Origin: an uncultured delta proteobacterium
GTDB taxonomy: Bacteria; Myxococcota; Myxococcia; Myxococcales; Myxococcaceae
DNA: 64,000 bases
Assembly: GCA_963771175.1 (NCBI GenBank)
Contig: CAVYSY010000032.1
Coordinates: 1-64,000 of the forward strand
Reading direction: 5' to 3'
The notes beneath the pieces were generated by a model, which ran no database searches, was not told where the DNA came from, and saw nothing but the letters and a program-made list of their open reading frames with translations. Below, piece after piece: positions 1 through 10,819 of the stretch. The translations under genes were made by a program, and so were the position numbers. Every line of letters starts with the position of its first letter. Positions within the stretch are counted from its first letter, which is position 1.

Positions 1-305
1 AGCAACCGTTCAGGGCGACGCTGGAGGGCAACGTGATTCGCATTCAGGACCCAGGGGCGCGCGCGGCACTTCATTGTCGAGCCCTTCCCGGGTGGCTGTT
101 ACCTCCAGCTCCACCATCGACGGGAACGAATGGCTCTGCTTTCCCGGCAGCGCACGTGGCATTGGGGCGAGCCGGGAGGGCCGGAATGTGGGCTGCGTTC
201 TCTCGACTTTGGACGGGACGCACCGCCTGGAACTCCGCCAGCGCGTCTGGGTACGTCCATGGGATTGTGGAATGCCCACGACCCTGGAGGCCAGGCGATG
301 AAACG

Positions 306-927
306 TGTCCCTCCCGTAGATTCCATCAGCCGCCGATGGTAGGGCATTGGTCGCCAGAATCCGACGCGGAAGCGGCCGGATCCGGAAGCGGACGCGGGAA
401 GACCTTGGCGGCGGCGTCAGATGGTCGGAGGTCTGGCCCACTCTGCCGACCAAGTTCGCCCGTCTGCGCATGGTCAGTCGAGACCATCCCCATGGACCTC
501 GACCGCGCAGGCGAGGAGAGAGCGCGCTACGCGACGCGGCTGTAGCGATGGTGGAGTCCGCCGACGCGAGGCGCGGCGACCACTCGGCCGGCGTTTCGTG
601 CTTCGATCGGCCGCGGAATCGGTGCGTTGCGCTCCAATGCCAAGTGCGTCCGGTCTGCGTGATAGTGCGCGAAATAATCCGACAGGATTCGCCGGAGGTG
701 GGCGTCATTCCAGGATGATGACGTGGTCGAGACACTCCCGCCGTACGGCCCCGACGAGTCGCTCGACGTAAGGATTTTGCCAGGCGCGACTGCGGCGCGA
801 TGACCACTTCGTCGATCGCCCATCGCCTTTACGCGACGTTTGACTCGGATTGTATCGCAGACCCCGGATCGAACTCCTGCGATAAGTCCCTATCGCGCAA
901 CGTGGACGGAGTTCTCGGGACGGGAGA
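306..927 (-). mobile_element. Degenerate IS481/IS3-like (rve integrase core) element remnant
   Basis: Minus-strand pieces in different frames read RRVKAMG.DEVVIAPQS / [23 protein letters not shown] / NDAHLRRILSDYFAHYH..RTHLAL...VGGLHHRY (stop at 527), the typical integrase-core C-terminus. TGTCCCTCCCG at 306 and an imperfect inverted copy at about 904-927 may be the termini. Confidence 0.7.
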
Positions 928-970
928 GGGCCAAGGTCTGCGCGTCGGCTGAGTTTCTTGACCCCACGAC

Positions 971-1054
971 CTACACGTCATGGACGTCATACCCTGCTCG
1001 CTTGAGTACGCGAGCTATATCTGCTGGAACGTCGTGATCCAGAAGAAACGTCAC
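971..1054 (-). pseudogene. Truncated DUF5615/VapC45-like PIN toxin (27 aa)
   Basis: GTG start overlaps the upstream TGA (GTGA); translation MTFLLDHDVPADIARVLKRAGYDVHDV* matches the N-terminus of DUF5615 PIN proteins; not in the ORF track. Confidence 0.7.
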
Positions 1055-1216
1055 TCCTCGGCTCCGGCCATTTGTTGCGCGATCAACAGGTCCATTGCGT
1101 CCCTATGGTCCTCATAGTAGGCCATACACTCATAGACCTGGCCGCGAGTCAGGGAGGGGAAGCTCCTGATCACGTCGTCGATGCTCGCTCCGTTCAAGAC
1201 CATGCCGGCCACGTTC
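1051..1216 (-). pseudogene. C-terminal half of DUF433 antitoxin
   Basis: NVAGMVLNGASIDDVIRSFPSLTRGQVYECMAYYEDH is a DUF433 C-terminus, fused in frame to the upstream IS91 transposase fragment. Confidence 0.75.
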
Positions 1217-2278
1217 CATGCACGCCGCTGCGCGTCGACGGGCGTCGCCGAAAGCCGTCCCTTTCTTCCCCCGCGACGGATCGTCGAGGACGCCGCCCCG
1301 TAGTACCGCACGCGTATCTCGTGCGGCTCCGGCACGTGCGCCAGGAGCAGCGCCATGAACGCGAGCGGGTCGTACGCCACCGTCCCGCGCCCGGATACCG
1401 TCTGGTCCTTGCCATGGTATATGACCTTCGCCCCGCCCCGCGCGTACTCCATGCGCCCCAGCGAGAACGGTGCCTTGTGCAGGTAGCACGCCAGCCGGTG
1501 CAATCCCTCACGGTCGCCCGTCGCGGGCGCCGCTCGAGGCATCCGCCCCGAACCCGCTGTGCCGCCAGTTCAAAAGCTTCTCCCGCGTCCCTTCCGCAAG
1601 ACGCTCTCGTCTGACCTCAACATCGCAAGCACCGCGTGCCGAACATCTCCGCCAGGGGACTCCAGTCGAAGTCTTCAGGCAGCCGGTGGTACGGCCCCTC
1701 CCGGTCAATGCATCCCTTCCGAGCACAGCGCATGAGCGTGCGGATGGAGGTTTACCACCGACCCCCAGGTGTGCACCGTCACTCACGAAGTACGGCACGC
1801 CCCCCAGCCCCCGGAAACTGCGCCGCCAGGAAAGCGCGCGTCACCTCGTACGCCGTGCGCACGAGCTCCCCGAGCGCCGCCGCTCCCTCAGGAAGGGCCG
1901 CCGCACCACCCTCGGTATCGTGAACACGAGCTGCCGGTACGCAAGATCCGGGAGCACGTGCTCGACCACGTGGTCCGCCCACTCGAGGCGCCGCCGCGCC
2001 TCGCACGAGGGGCACAGCTTCCGCTTGCACGAGAACGGCACCAGGTACTCGTTGCCGCAGTCCCCGCACCGGACCCGCGCGAAACCGCACGCAAGATCCC
2101 CGCATTCCAGGAAACCCTCGATCACCGCCCGCCAGTGCGGCCGCCACGGCCCGTATTCCGCCTCGAACCTCTCCTCCCACGCGCGCGCGACCGCTGCACC
2201 GCAGTCGCTCACGAGCGCCCAGAGCGGGGCTCGCGTTGGCCCGGCGTTCGGCGTGTAGGCGAGGGCAGGAGCTCCCAT
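1216..2278 (-). mobile_element. IS91-family (Y2/HUH) transposase, frameshifted and C-terminally truncated
   Basis: Zn-binding region FLECGD..GFARVRC.DC....VPFSCK...CPSC, RQLVFTIP, HUH motif NLHPHAH near 1730-1752, and RLACYL...HVPEPHEIRVRYYG. Confidence 0.85.
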
Positions 2279-2289
2279 GCCTTGCCCTC

Positions 2290-2590
2290 GCCTGCAGCTG
2301 CTGGCGAAAGGGAATCACCTGGTGTTGTCGCGCGTCAAGCGTAATGCCGTGGCCTATGAACCAGCCGCCTCCGCGTCTCCCAATACCCGACGGCGGAGGG
2401 GGAGACCCAGGAAGTACGGCAAGAAGATCAAGGTCCTATCGCTCTTGGACGATGCCGACCGCATCCAGCGGATCCATCAGTCCAATCTACGATGAGAAGA
2501 ACGTGACCATCGAATTCGTCGTGGCGGATCTCCTATGGCGCACGGTGGTGTTCCCGTCCGTTTCGTGGCCGTACGCCACCCGCATGCTCG
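2290..2590 (+). mobile_element. Internal fragment of a DDE (IS4/IS701-like) transposase
   Basis: SRVKRNAVAYEP...RRRRGRPRKYGKKIK followed by DLLWR..PVRFVAVRHP in shifted frames; no start, end or termini visible. Confidence 0.55.
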
Positions 2591-2698
2591 TCGCAGCTCA
2601 CCGTCTCCGGCTCACGGCTCTTCTTCGTCGCCGACGAGGGCGAGCACGGCCGGGAGTTGTGGAGCGTCAAACACGCGGCCTTCCAGCAGCGGCCGTAG
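2591..2698 (+). pseudogene. C-terminal tail of an ELWxxDGT-repeat protein
   Basis: Frame from 2591 reads SQLTVSGSRLFFVADEGEHGRELWSVKHAAFQQRP*, a canonical last ELWxxDGT repeat; the rest of the gene is missing. Confidence 0.7.
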
Positions 2699-2787
2699 GC
2701 CCGGGGGCGAGGTTGCCGCACGAAGTGTGTGGGCTATCCTCGCCCCAACGTCCGGGCCGGCGGACAGGTGATGCGGAGGAGGAAGGC

Positions 2788-3204
2788 ATGTCTCGCTGGA
2801 ACGTGATGCTTGGAAGCGCGGTGATGTGGCTGACGGCCTGCGGCGCCCCCCTGGTGGGGGAGGCAGTGCTGGAGACGGACCGCGAGACCTACTCCCCCGG
2901 GGCGGAGCTATCGCTGCGGCTTGGCAACGAGTCGACCCAAGCGCTGGGCTACAACCTGTGCTTCTCCACGCTGCAGCGCCGCGAGGGAGAGGACTGGGCG
3001 GAGGTGCCGCGCCCCGACACCTCCCCCGTGGAGCTCTGCGCGGCCCCCCAGTACAGCCTGGAGCCGGGGGAGAGCACCTCGTCGCTCCGAACCCTCGATG
3101 AGCCGCTGCCGGAGGGAGAATACCGCTACCTCACGAACGTGGAGTGGAGGTGGAGCGGGGAGCGGATGGACGTGATGTCCAACTCCTTCCGTGTCGTGAA
3201 CTGA
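2788..3204 (+). CDS. Putative lipoprotein, Ig-like fold
   Basis: GGAGG/AGGAAGG RBS before ATG 2788; lipobox LTAC; TDRETYSPG..L.L.N pattern; two further Cys. Confidence 0.7.
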   Translation: MSRWNVMLGSAVMWLTACGAPLVGEAVLETDRETYSPGAELSLRLGNESTQALGYNLCFSTLQRREGEDWAEVPRPDTSPVELCAAPQYSLEPGESTSSLRTLDEPLPEGEYRYLTNVEWRWSGERMDVMSNSFRVVN

Positions 3205-3206
3205 AG

Positions 3207-3821
3207 CTACAGGCCCAGGGCCCTCTCGACGCGTCGGCGGAGCTCGGCCTCCGACAGCATGCCCCGCTGCGCGTCGATGACCTTGCCCTCCTTGTCCAGG
3301 AAGTAGAGCGTCGGCAGCGCCGTCACCTGGAAGGCCGTCGCCATCTCGTCCGACGCGTACACCACGTAGGGAGCCAGCTCCGGCATCCGGCTCAGGATGT
3401 ACTCCTGCACGTACATCGGCGCGTCCGGCATGTCGTCCCGGCTCGCCGCCACGAACACCAGCCCCTTCCCCTCGTACTCCTTCGCCAGCTTGATGAGCGA
3501 CGGCATCTCCTCCTGGCACGGAGGGCACCACGTCGCCCAGAAGTCCAGCATCACCACCTTGCCCCGCAGGTCCGACAGCTGCATCGTCCCGCCGTCGTAC
3601 TTCTGCATCGGGAACGACGGAGCCGCCGTCCCGTCCGACGCCAGCCGCGCCCGCAGCGCCTCCTCCACTCCCAGGTACGCCAGCCCCGCGATCCCCAGCA
3701 GCGCCGTCACCGCCAGCAGCACCTTGCTCCACCCATGGCGCTCCGGCGGCCGTCCGGCGCCCGAGTTCTCCTGCCCTGCCCCCGGCTGCTGCCCGGCGCC
3801 TTCGTTCTCCTGCTCCGTCAC
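3207..3821 (-). CDS. TlpA/ResA-family thiol-disulfide oxidoreductase
   Basis: N-terminal TM helix; FWATWCPPCQEEMP; ALPT cis-Pro loop; GTG start overlaps upstream stop. Confidence 0.9.
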   Translation of the reverse strand: MTEQENEGAGQQPGAGQENSGAGRPPERHGWSKVLLAVTALLGIAGLAYLGVEEALRARLASDGTAAPSFPMQKYDGGTMQLSDLRGKVVMLDFWATWCPPCQEEMPSLIKLAKEYEGKGLVFVAASRDDMPDAPMYVQEYILSRMPELAPYVVYASDEMATAFQVTALPTLYFLDKEGKVIDAQRGMLSEAELRRRVERALGL

Positions 3822-4900
3822 GTGCTTCCACTCCTCGTCTTCGACAACACCCGGTGCACCTGCTTCAGCACCCCCCTCACCCCTCGCCTCACCCCCGGCC
3901 GCCTCACCACCCACTCCGCCAGCCCAGGCCCGTGCCGGTAGTAGGCTCGGATGAACTCCCGCCCCAGGAGATGACGGCTCAGCACCTCGTCACGGAACTC
4001 CCGGAACGCCACCAGCTCCGGCGCTCCCTCTCCGAACGCCGCCGTCACCACGAAGCACGAGCTGGCCGGCGAAATCCACATCAGCCGGTTGTTCGTCAGG
4101 TTCATCACCGCCTTCAGCACGCGCTCCTCGGTATAGAGGAAGACCAGCAGGTCCCTCTTCGCCACCGGGAACTCGTCGCCGCTCGCCTCCTCGAACTCGA
4201 TGCGCGAGACGCCCGAGCCGCGCACCTCGTCCACCGTGAAGAGGTAGCGCTTGGAGCTGCGGCGGATCTCCACCTCCAGCCCGCGCAGCTCACCGAAGTA
4301 CGCCAGGAAGGGCATACCGCAAGCCGGGCACACGTAGCGGCGCCCTCCCGGCCCTGGGATGTACCCGTAGTCGTTGATGCGCTTGCAGCCCGTGTTGGGG
4401 CACAGCAGCTTCACCTGCGCCACCGGCTCCTGCTTCGGATCGAACCGCGAGGCCCCCGACGCCCGGTCGAACACCGGCGGCACCGCCGTCTCCTTCGACC
4501 CGATGGCCCGTGTGGGGTGCGCCAGCCGCTCCAGCTCCAGCGCCCGCCGCCACGCCTCCTCCGCCTGCACGAACCGCCCGTTCACCGTGTGGCACAGCGC
4601 CTCGCCGTGCGCCCGAAGCGCCGAGATGACGTGCTCGGTGGTCTCCCCCCAGCCCGCCTCCCGCACCACCGCCAGCCCCAGGGCCAGCACCTTCTCCAAT
4701 TCCGGCAGCAGCAGCTCCGACGCCTTGCGCGCCGGGTCCTCCGCCCGGTGGTACACCGGGGGCTCCGGAATCCGACTGAAGAGCGCCAGGGCCTGCGCGC
4801 GCAGTTGCTCCCGCGCCTCTTGCGCTCGCGGAAGGGACATCGTCGCCGCCCGCGCCTGGGCGGCCTGGAAGAGCTCTTCGGGCTGCAAGGCGGCGCACAT
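3818..4900 (-). CDS. Zinc-ribbon protein with CFI-box-CTERM domain
   Basis: CPNTGC...CPACG ribbon; C-terminal SSCFVVTAAFG...FREFRDEVL...GREFIRAYYRHGP. Confidence 0.8.
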   Translation of the reverse strand: MCAALQPEELFQAAQARAATMSLPRAQEAREQLRAQALALFSRIPEPPVYHRAEDPARKASELLLPELEKVLALGLAVVREAGWGETTEHVISALRAHGEALCHTVNGRFVQAEEAWRRALELERLAHPTRAIGSKETAVPPVFDRASGASRFDPKQEPVAQVKLLCPNTGCKRINDYGYIPGPGGRRYVCPACGMPFLAYFGELRGLEVEIRRSSKRYLFTVDEVRGSGVSRIEFEEASGDEFPVAKRDLLVFLYTEERVLKAVMNLTNNRLMWISPASSCFVVTAAFGEGAPELVAFREFRDEVLSRHLLGREFIRAYYRHGPGLAEWVVRRPGVRRGVRGVLKQVHRVLSKTRSGST

Positions 4901-5001
4901 TAAGAGGCCCCCCGCCCGCTGTCAGCGACCATCCCCACGCCCCGCCAAAAACTGGCCACCTCTCTCCTTCCGGTGTACGACGTGGTAGGAGGATGTGAAC
5001 A

Positions 5002-5307
5002 ATGGGCTTCCTGAAGTTCCTGGTGTGGACGGGTTGCGCGGTGGGGCTCGGAGTCTTCCTGGCGACGGCGAACATCGATGGCCGCAGCCCGCTGGAGTAC
5101 GCGCAGCGGCAGTGGAAGCGCCACGTGCAGCCGACCCAGGTGGAGCGGCAGGTGGACCGGGTGAAGGACGGTCTGAGTGACGCCCTCGACGAGGCCGAGG
5201 ACGCCGTCAAGCGGACGACGAAGCAGGCGACGACGGCGGCACCGCGCGAGCGCATCACCCGCGAGGATCGCGCGGCGATCGATCGCATCATCGCCCAGAA
5301 GAAGTAG
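5002..5307 (+). CDS. Hypothetical membrane-anchored protein
   Basis: AGGAGG RBS upstream, N-terminal hydrophobic helix, host-like codon usage. Confidence 0.75.
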   Translation: MGFLKFLVWTGCAVGLGVFLATANIDGRSPLEYAQRQWKRHVQPTQVERQVDRVKDGLSDALDEAEDAVKRTTKQATTAAPRERITREDRAAIDRIIAQKK

Positions 5308-5396
5308 GGTTCCCTACCTTTGCCGCCCGCCCCGCTTCCCCTCTGGGGCCCCCCTCCCTAGCTTCTCCGGGCGGGCTGGGTCGGAGGCGGGACGCG

Positions 5397-6581
5397 ATGG
5401 TGGGTGGACGGTGGTGGAAGGGGCTGTCCCTGGCGGCGCTGCTGTGTGGCCTGAGTACGCCAGCCTGGGGCGCGCGACGCGGAGAGGGCGAGCGGCTGTG
5501 GGTGGAGGCGCAACAGCGCACCGTCCGCCAGGAGCGCTCCGCCCTCAGTCAGGTGGCCCGAGCGGCCATGCCGGCGGTGGTGTCCATCACCACGCGCCAG
5601 GCGGGCACGGGCTCGGGCGCCGAGGAGGAGTCCCAGAAGGGCATCGGCTCCGGCCTCATCATCCACCCGGACGGCTACATCCTCACCAGTGCCCACGTCA
5701 TCGAGGGCGCGGAGGACATCACCATCTCGGTCTACTCCGAGCGCGGCTACCCCGAGGAGTTCCCCGCCGAGGTGGTGGGCGAGGACTCGCGCACGGACTT
5801 CGCGCTGTTGAAGATCAAGACGCCCCGGAAGCTGCCGGTGCTCAAGCTGTCCTCGGCCTCGCGGGTGGAGGTGGGGGACTTCGTCGTGGTGATCGGCAAC
5901 CCCTTCGGGCTGACGCACTCGGTGACGGCGGGCGTGGTGAGCGCCAAGGGTCGCACGGACGTGACGCCCAACGGGCGCGACTGTGACTTCGACTACATGC
6001 AGGTGGACGCCTCCATCAACCCAGGCAACTCGGGGGGGCCGGTGTTGGACCTGCACGGGAACGTGGTGGCCATCGCCAACGCGGTGAACGTGGCGGGCCA
6101 GGGCATCGGCTTCGCCATCCCCGTGGACATCGCCAAGGCGGTGCTGCCGCACCTGCAGAAGTACGGGCGGGTGCGCCGCGGGTGGATGGGCGTCTCCGTC
6201 CAGGACTCCAGCCCCCAGGTGGTAGCGGACTACGGGCTGTTGAATCCCCGGGGAGTGGTGGTGACGGACGTGAAGGAGGGCGGTCCCGCCTCGCGCGCCG
6301 GGCTGCGGGTGGGGGACGTCATCGAGGGCCTGGACTCCGGCCGGGTGGAGCGCGCCCACAAGCTGCGCTGGCAGGTGGCGGCCCGGGGGGTGGGCCACAG
6401 CGTGGTGCTCCGGGTGCGCCGGGGGGAGAGGCCCCTGCGAATGAGGGTGAGGCTCGAGGAGCTGCCCGGCGCCACCCCATCCAAGGGCCCCCCACCGTCC
6501 GACGAGCCGGCCACCGGCGGCAGCGGCCAGGACGGGCAGCCGGGCGAGCAAACCCCGGGTCCGGACACGGACTCCCAGTGA
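5397..6581 (+). CDS. HtrA/DegP-family serine protease with one PDZ domain
   Basis: Signal peptide; TSAHVI, TDFAL, INPGNSGGP catalytic motifs; C-terminal PDZ. Confidence 0.92.
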   Translation: MVGGRWWKGLSLAALLCGLSTPAWGARRGEGERLWVEAQQRTVRQERSALSQVARAAMPAVVSITTRQAGTGSGAEEESQKGIGSGLIIHPDGYILTSAHVIEGAEDITISVYSERGYPEEFPAEVVGEDSRTDFALLKIKTPRKLPVLKLSSASRVEVGDFVVVIGNPFGLTHSVTAGVVSAKGRTDVTPNGRDCDFDYMQVDASINPGNSGGPVLDLHGNVVAIANAVNVAGQGIGFAIPVDIAKAVLPHLQKYGRVRRGWMGVSVQDSSPQVVADYGLLNPRGVVVTDVKEGGPASRAGLRVGDVIEGLDSGRVERAHKLRWQVAARGVGHSVVLRVRRGERPLRMRVRLEELPGATPSKGPPPSDEPATGGSGQDGQPGEQTPGPDTDSQ

Positions 6582-6722
6582 GTCGGGAACGGGGACTCCG
6601 CCCGCAACCCCGCCTGCCTCCTTGCGTTCCGCTACGGCCAGCGCTACACGAGCCCCTTTGCAAGTCTCGGCGTGTCTCACCCATGGTGACGCGAGGCACC
6701 GTTACGCAACAGGAGCTTTTCC

Positions 6723-6989
6723 ATGGCTGAAGCACAGAAGAAGACCCTCAAGGCGTGGCCGCGCGTGGCCAAGGCCGGTGGCAAGAAGGCCTGCAGCGTC
6801 GCGGGCTGCAAGCGCCCCTACCGCGCGAAGAGCTACTGCTTCTTCCACTACAAGAAGTGGCGCCAGGGCGAGCTGCCCCACTCCCGCTACCGCACCTGCT
6901 CCAAGCCCGAGTGCCGCAAGAAGGTCATCAAGGCCGGCCTGTGCGAGAAGCACTACGACGAGATCTACAAGAAGGAAGCCGCGGCCTAG
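6723..6989 (+). CDS. Small basic double zinc-finger protein (myxobacterial vegetative-protein-like)
   Basis: AGGAG RBS; two C-x4-C-x9-C-x2-H motifs; Lys-rich. Confidence 0.8.
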   Translation: MAEAQKKTLKAWPRVAKAGGKKACSVAGCKRPYRAKSYCFFHYKKWRQGELPHSRYRTCSKPECRKKVIKAGLCEKHYDEIYKKEAAA

Positions 6990-7779
6990 CCGTTCGGCTT
7001 GCCTCGCGAGCGGCGCTCCCTTCTCGGCGAGTGGCCGCTTGCCCCCTTCCGATCGCGCGCCCCAGGTGCTTGAAGGCCGTGAGCCACAGCTCCGCCTCGC
7101 GCTGCGGTGAGTGCGGCCGCGCAGCAGACTCCGCTCCAGCTCGCGCAGCACGTGCTCCGGTGCCTGCGGGTTGAGGAACTCCGCCTCCAGCAGCACCTGC
7201 TGCATCAGCTCGCCCAGCGCGTGCACCGTGCCCAGCGCGCGCCCGGCGCCTCGGCGCGACCGGGGGCGCCGCCTCCGCGGGCTCCAGCCCTCGCGGGAGC
7301 ACAGGTAGAGGAGCACCGCCGCCGCCTGCGCGAGGTTCATCGAGGGCTGCCCGTCGCTGGTGGGGATGACGAGCACGTCCGTGGCAGAACGGCCAGCTCC
7401 TCGTTGGACAGGCCCCGCTTCTCGCCGCCGAGCACCAGCGCCACCCTGCCCGCGCCGCGCTCTGTCCGCCAGCCGCGCCACCGCCTCCTCGGGGGTGAGG
7501 GCCGTGCGCCCCTCGAGCGGGGTGCGCGAGGTGGTGCCCACCGCGTACACGCAGTCCTCCAGGGCCTCGCCGGAGGTCTGGGCCACGACCTGAGGGCGTC
7601 CAGCACGCGCCTCGCTCTCACGCGCCAGCTTCTCGGCCTCCTCGAAGTCGTAGGTGGCCGGGTCGGAGAGCATGAGCCGTGAGAAGCCGAAGTTGGCCAT
7701 CACCCGGGCGACCGCCCCCAGGTTGTCGGGGACCGCGTCTGGTGGCAGGACGACGGTGAGTTGTCGCGCCAGCGAGCAT
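6990..7779 (-). CDS. TrmJ/LasT-family SpoU RNA methyltransferase (several indels; 3' end approximate)
   Basis: PDNLGAVARVMANFG, VGTTSR, GEKRGLSNEEL, SMNLAQA, REAELWLTAFKHL spread over three frames. Confidence 0.8.
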
Positions 7780-7833
7780 GGCCGCCGGAGTTTAGCTTTC
7801 CGATGCCAGACCCGCTCGGTATATTCCCGATCG

Positions 7834-8430
7834 ATGCGTCGCTGGGTCGCTGCGCCTGCTTCTCTCGCTGCCGTTACCCTGACCGCCTGTGGCGTCGGGG
7901 GTGCCCCCGTCGCGCGCGTCCACCGACGCACGGCAGGCGCTCACCAGCTCCGCCCGAGCTGCTGGAGTTCGAGACGTCCGCCACCCGCCAGGAGCTGTTC
8001 CGCGAGCTGGCCCGCATCCTCGCGAGCACGAGGCGGGCCAGGCCGCGCAGGCGCTGGTGCTCTTCCCCATCAGTCAGGACGGGGAGCTGGTCGCGGCGCC
8101 GGGCTTCGAGGCCCGCGCGGACCTGCTCCAGGCGCCGGACGCGGGCGCGCCGCTGCAGCTCACCTTCGACGGCCGGACGGCGAGCGCTGGCCGGAGGATC
8201 GCCGCGAGAGCCTGCAGGGCCTCTCCGAGCGCGAGGCGGCCGAGCTGGTGGCGCGCACGCTGCTGCGCGCGCTGGGAGCATCCGCCCCGTCGGGAGTCGG
8301 TGCAGGTGGAGCGCGCCTCGGGCGCCCCGTACGCGGCGGCCTACGTGGACGGCATCCTGCGCATCAACCCGGCGTTCCTCTACCTGGCAGCGGCCCAGGT
8401 CCCGCTTCCCTGCCGGGCGCGCTCCAGTAG
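7834..8430 (+). CDS. Hypothetical lipoprotein (frameshifted)
   Basis: MRRW...LTACG lipobox; coherent coding pieces (LLEFETSATRQELFREL, AAYVDGILRINPAFLYLAAA) in alternating frames. Confidence 0.65.
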   Translation: MRRWVAAPASLAAVTLTACGVGGAPVARVHRRTAGAHQLRPSCWSSRRPPPARSCSASWPASSRARGGPGRAGAGALPHQSGRGAGRGAGLRGPRGPAPGAGRGRAAAAHLRRPDGERWPEDRRESLQGLSEREAAELVARTLLRALGASAPSGVGAGGARLGRPVRGGLRGRHPAHQPGVPLPGSGPGPASLPGALQ

Positions 8431-8478
8431 AGTCGCGCCTCCTTTGCGCGCCCCGCGTCGGGGCCGAGGCGCTTGCTC

Positions 8479-9446
8479 GTGAACACCTCCGCACTCGCAC
8501 GCACAGCTTCCGCTACACGCTCCGGCAGACGGACCTGCCGGCGCTCGGGCCAGCAGTACCAGGGCAAGGTGCGCGACACCTACCGCCAGGGAGATCGGCT
8601 GGTCGCTCGTCACCACCGATCGGCTGTCGGCGTTCGACCACGTGCTCACCACCATCCCCTTCAAGGGCGAGGTGCTCAACCGGCTGGCGCACGTTCTGGT
8701 TCGAGCGCACGAAGCACGTGGTGAAGAACCACGTGCTGGACGTGCCGGACCCCAACGTGACCGTGGCGCGCGCCTGCGAGCCCTTCGCGGTGGAGGTGGT
8801 GGTCCGCGGCTACCTCACCGGCAGCCTGTGGCGCGACTACCAGAAGGGCACGCACACCGCCTACGGCGTGCCCTTCCCGGAGGGGATGCGCAAGGACGAG
8901 GCCTTCCCCTCGCCCATCATCACCCCCTCCACCAAGGCGCAGTACGGCCAGCACGACGAGCCCATCTCCGAGGCGGAGATCCTCGGCGCGCGGGCTGGCG
9001 CAGCGCGCGCGACTGGGCGCGCATCACGGAGGCGGCGCTGGGGCTGTTCGCGGAGGGGCAGAAGTGGGCGCGCGACGCGCGGGCTCATCCTGGTGGACAC
9101 CAAGTACGAGTTCGGCAAGGTGGGCGACGACCTGTACGTCATCGACGAGATCCACACCCCCGACTCGAGCCGCTACTGGGTGGCGGACGAGTACGAGGAG
9201 CGCTTCGCGCAAGGGCGAGGACCAGCGGATGCTGGACAAGGAGAACATGCGCCAGTGGCTCATCGCGAGCGCGGGCTTCCAGGGCCACGGCACGCCGCCG
9301 GAGATTCCGGACGAGGTGCGCGTCGAGCTCGCGGAGAAGTACCTCGCGGCCTACGAGCGCATCACCGGCGCGACGCTGACGCTCGAGGTGGGCGACGTGC
9401 ACGCGCGCATCGAGCGGAACCTCGAAGGCGCGCGGTCTACCTCTGA
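8479..9446 (+). CDS. purC: SAICAR synthase (frameshifted)
   Basis: [58 protein letters not shown]. Confidence 0.92.
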
Positions 9447-9493
9447 GAGTGGGCGGGTGGACCCGCGGTTCCGACCCCTGCCCCTCCCGCGAC

Positions 9494-10815
<1,322 letters not shown>

Positions 10816-10819
<4 letters not shown>

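Noticed and set aside
1..301. Possible 3' end of a plus-strand gene
   Set aside because: Frame is ambiguous and no motif is recognisable, so it was not annotated.
1..2700. Integron cassette array or retron/defence island
   Set aside because: No tyrosine integrase, attC pattern or reverse transcriptase motifs; fragments are truncated, not whole cassettes.
2236..2787. N-terminal extension of the 322-aa ORF
   Set aside because: It crosses transposase and ELWxxDGT fragments; RBS and lipobox put the real start at 2788.
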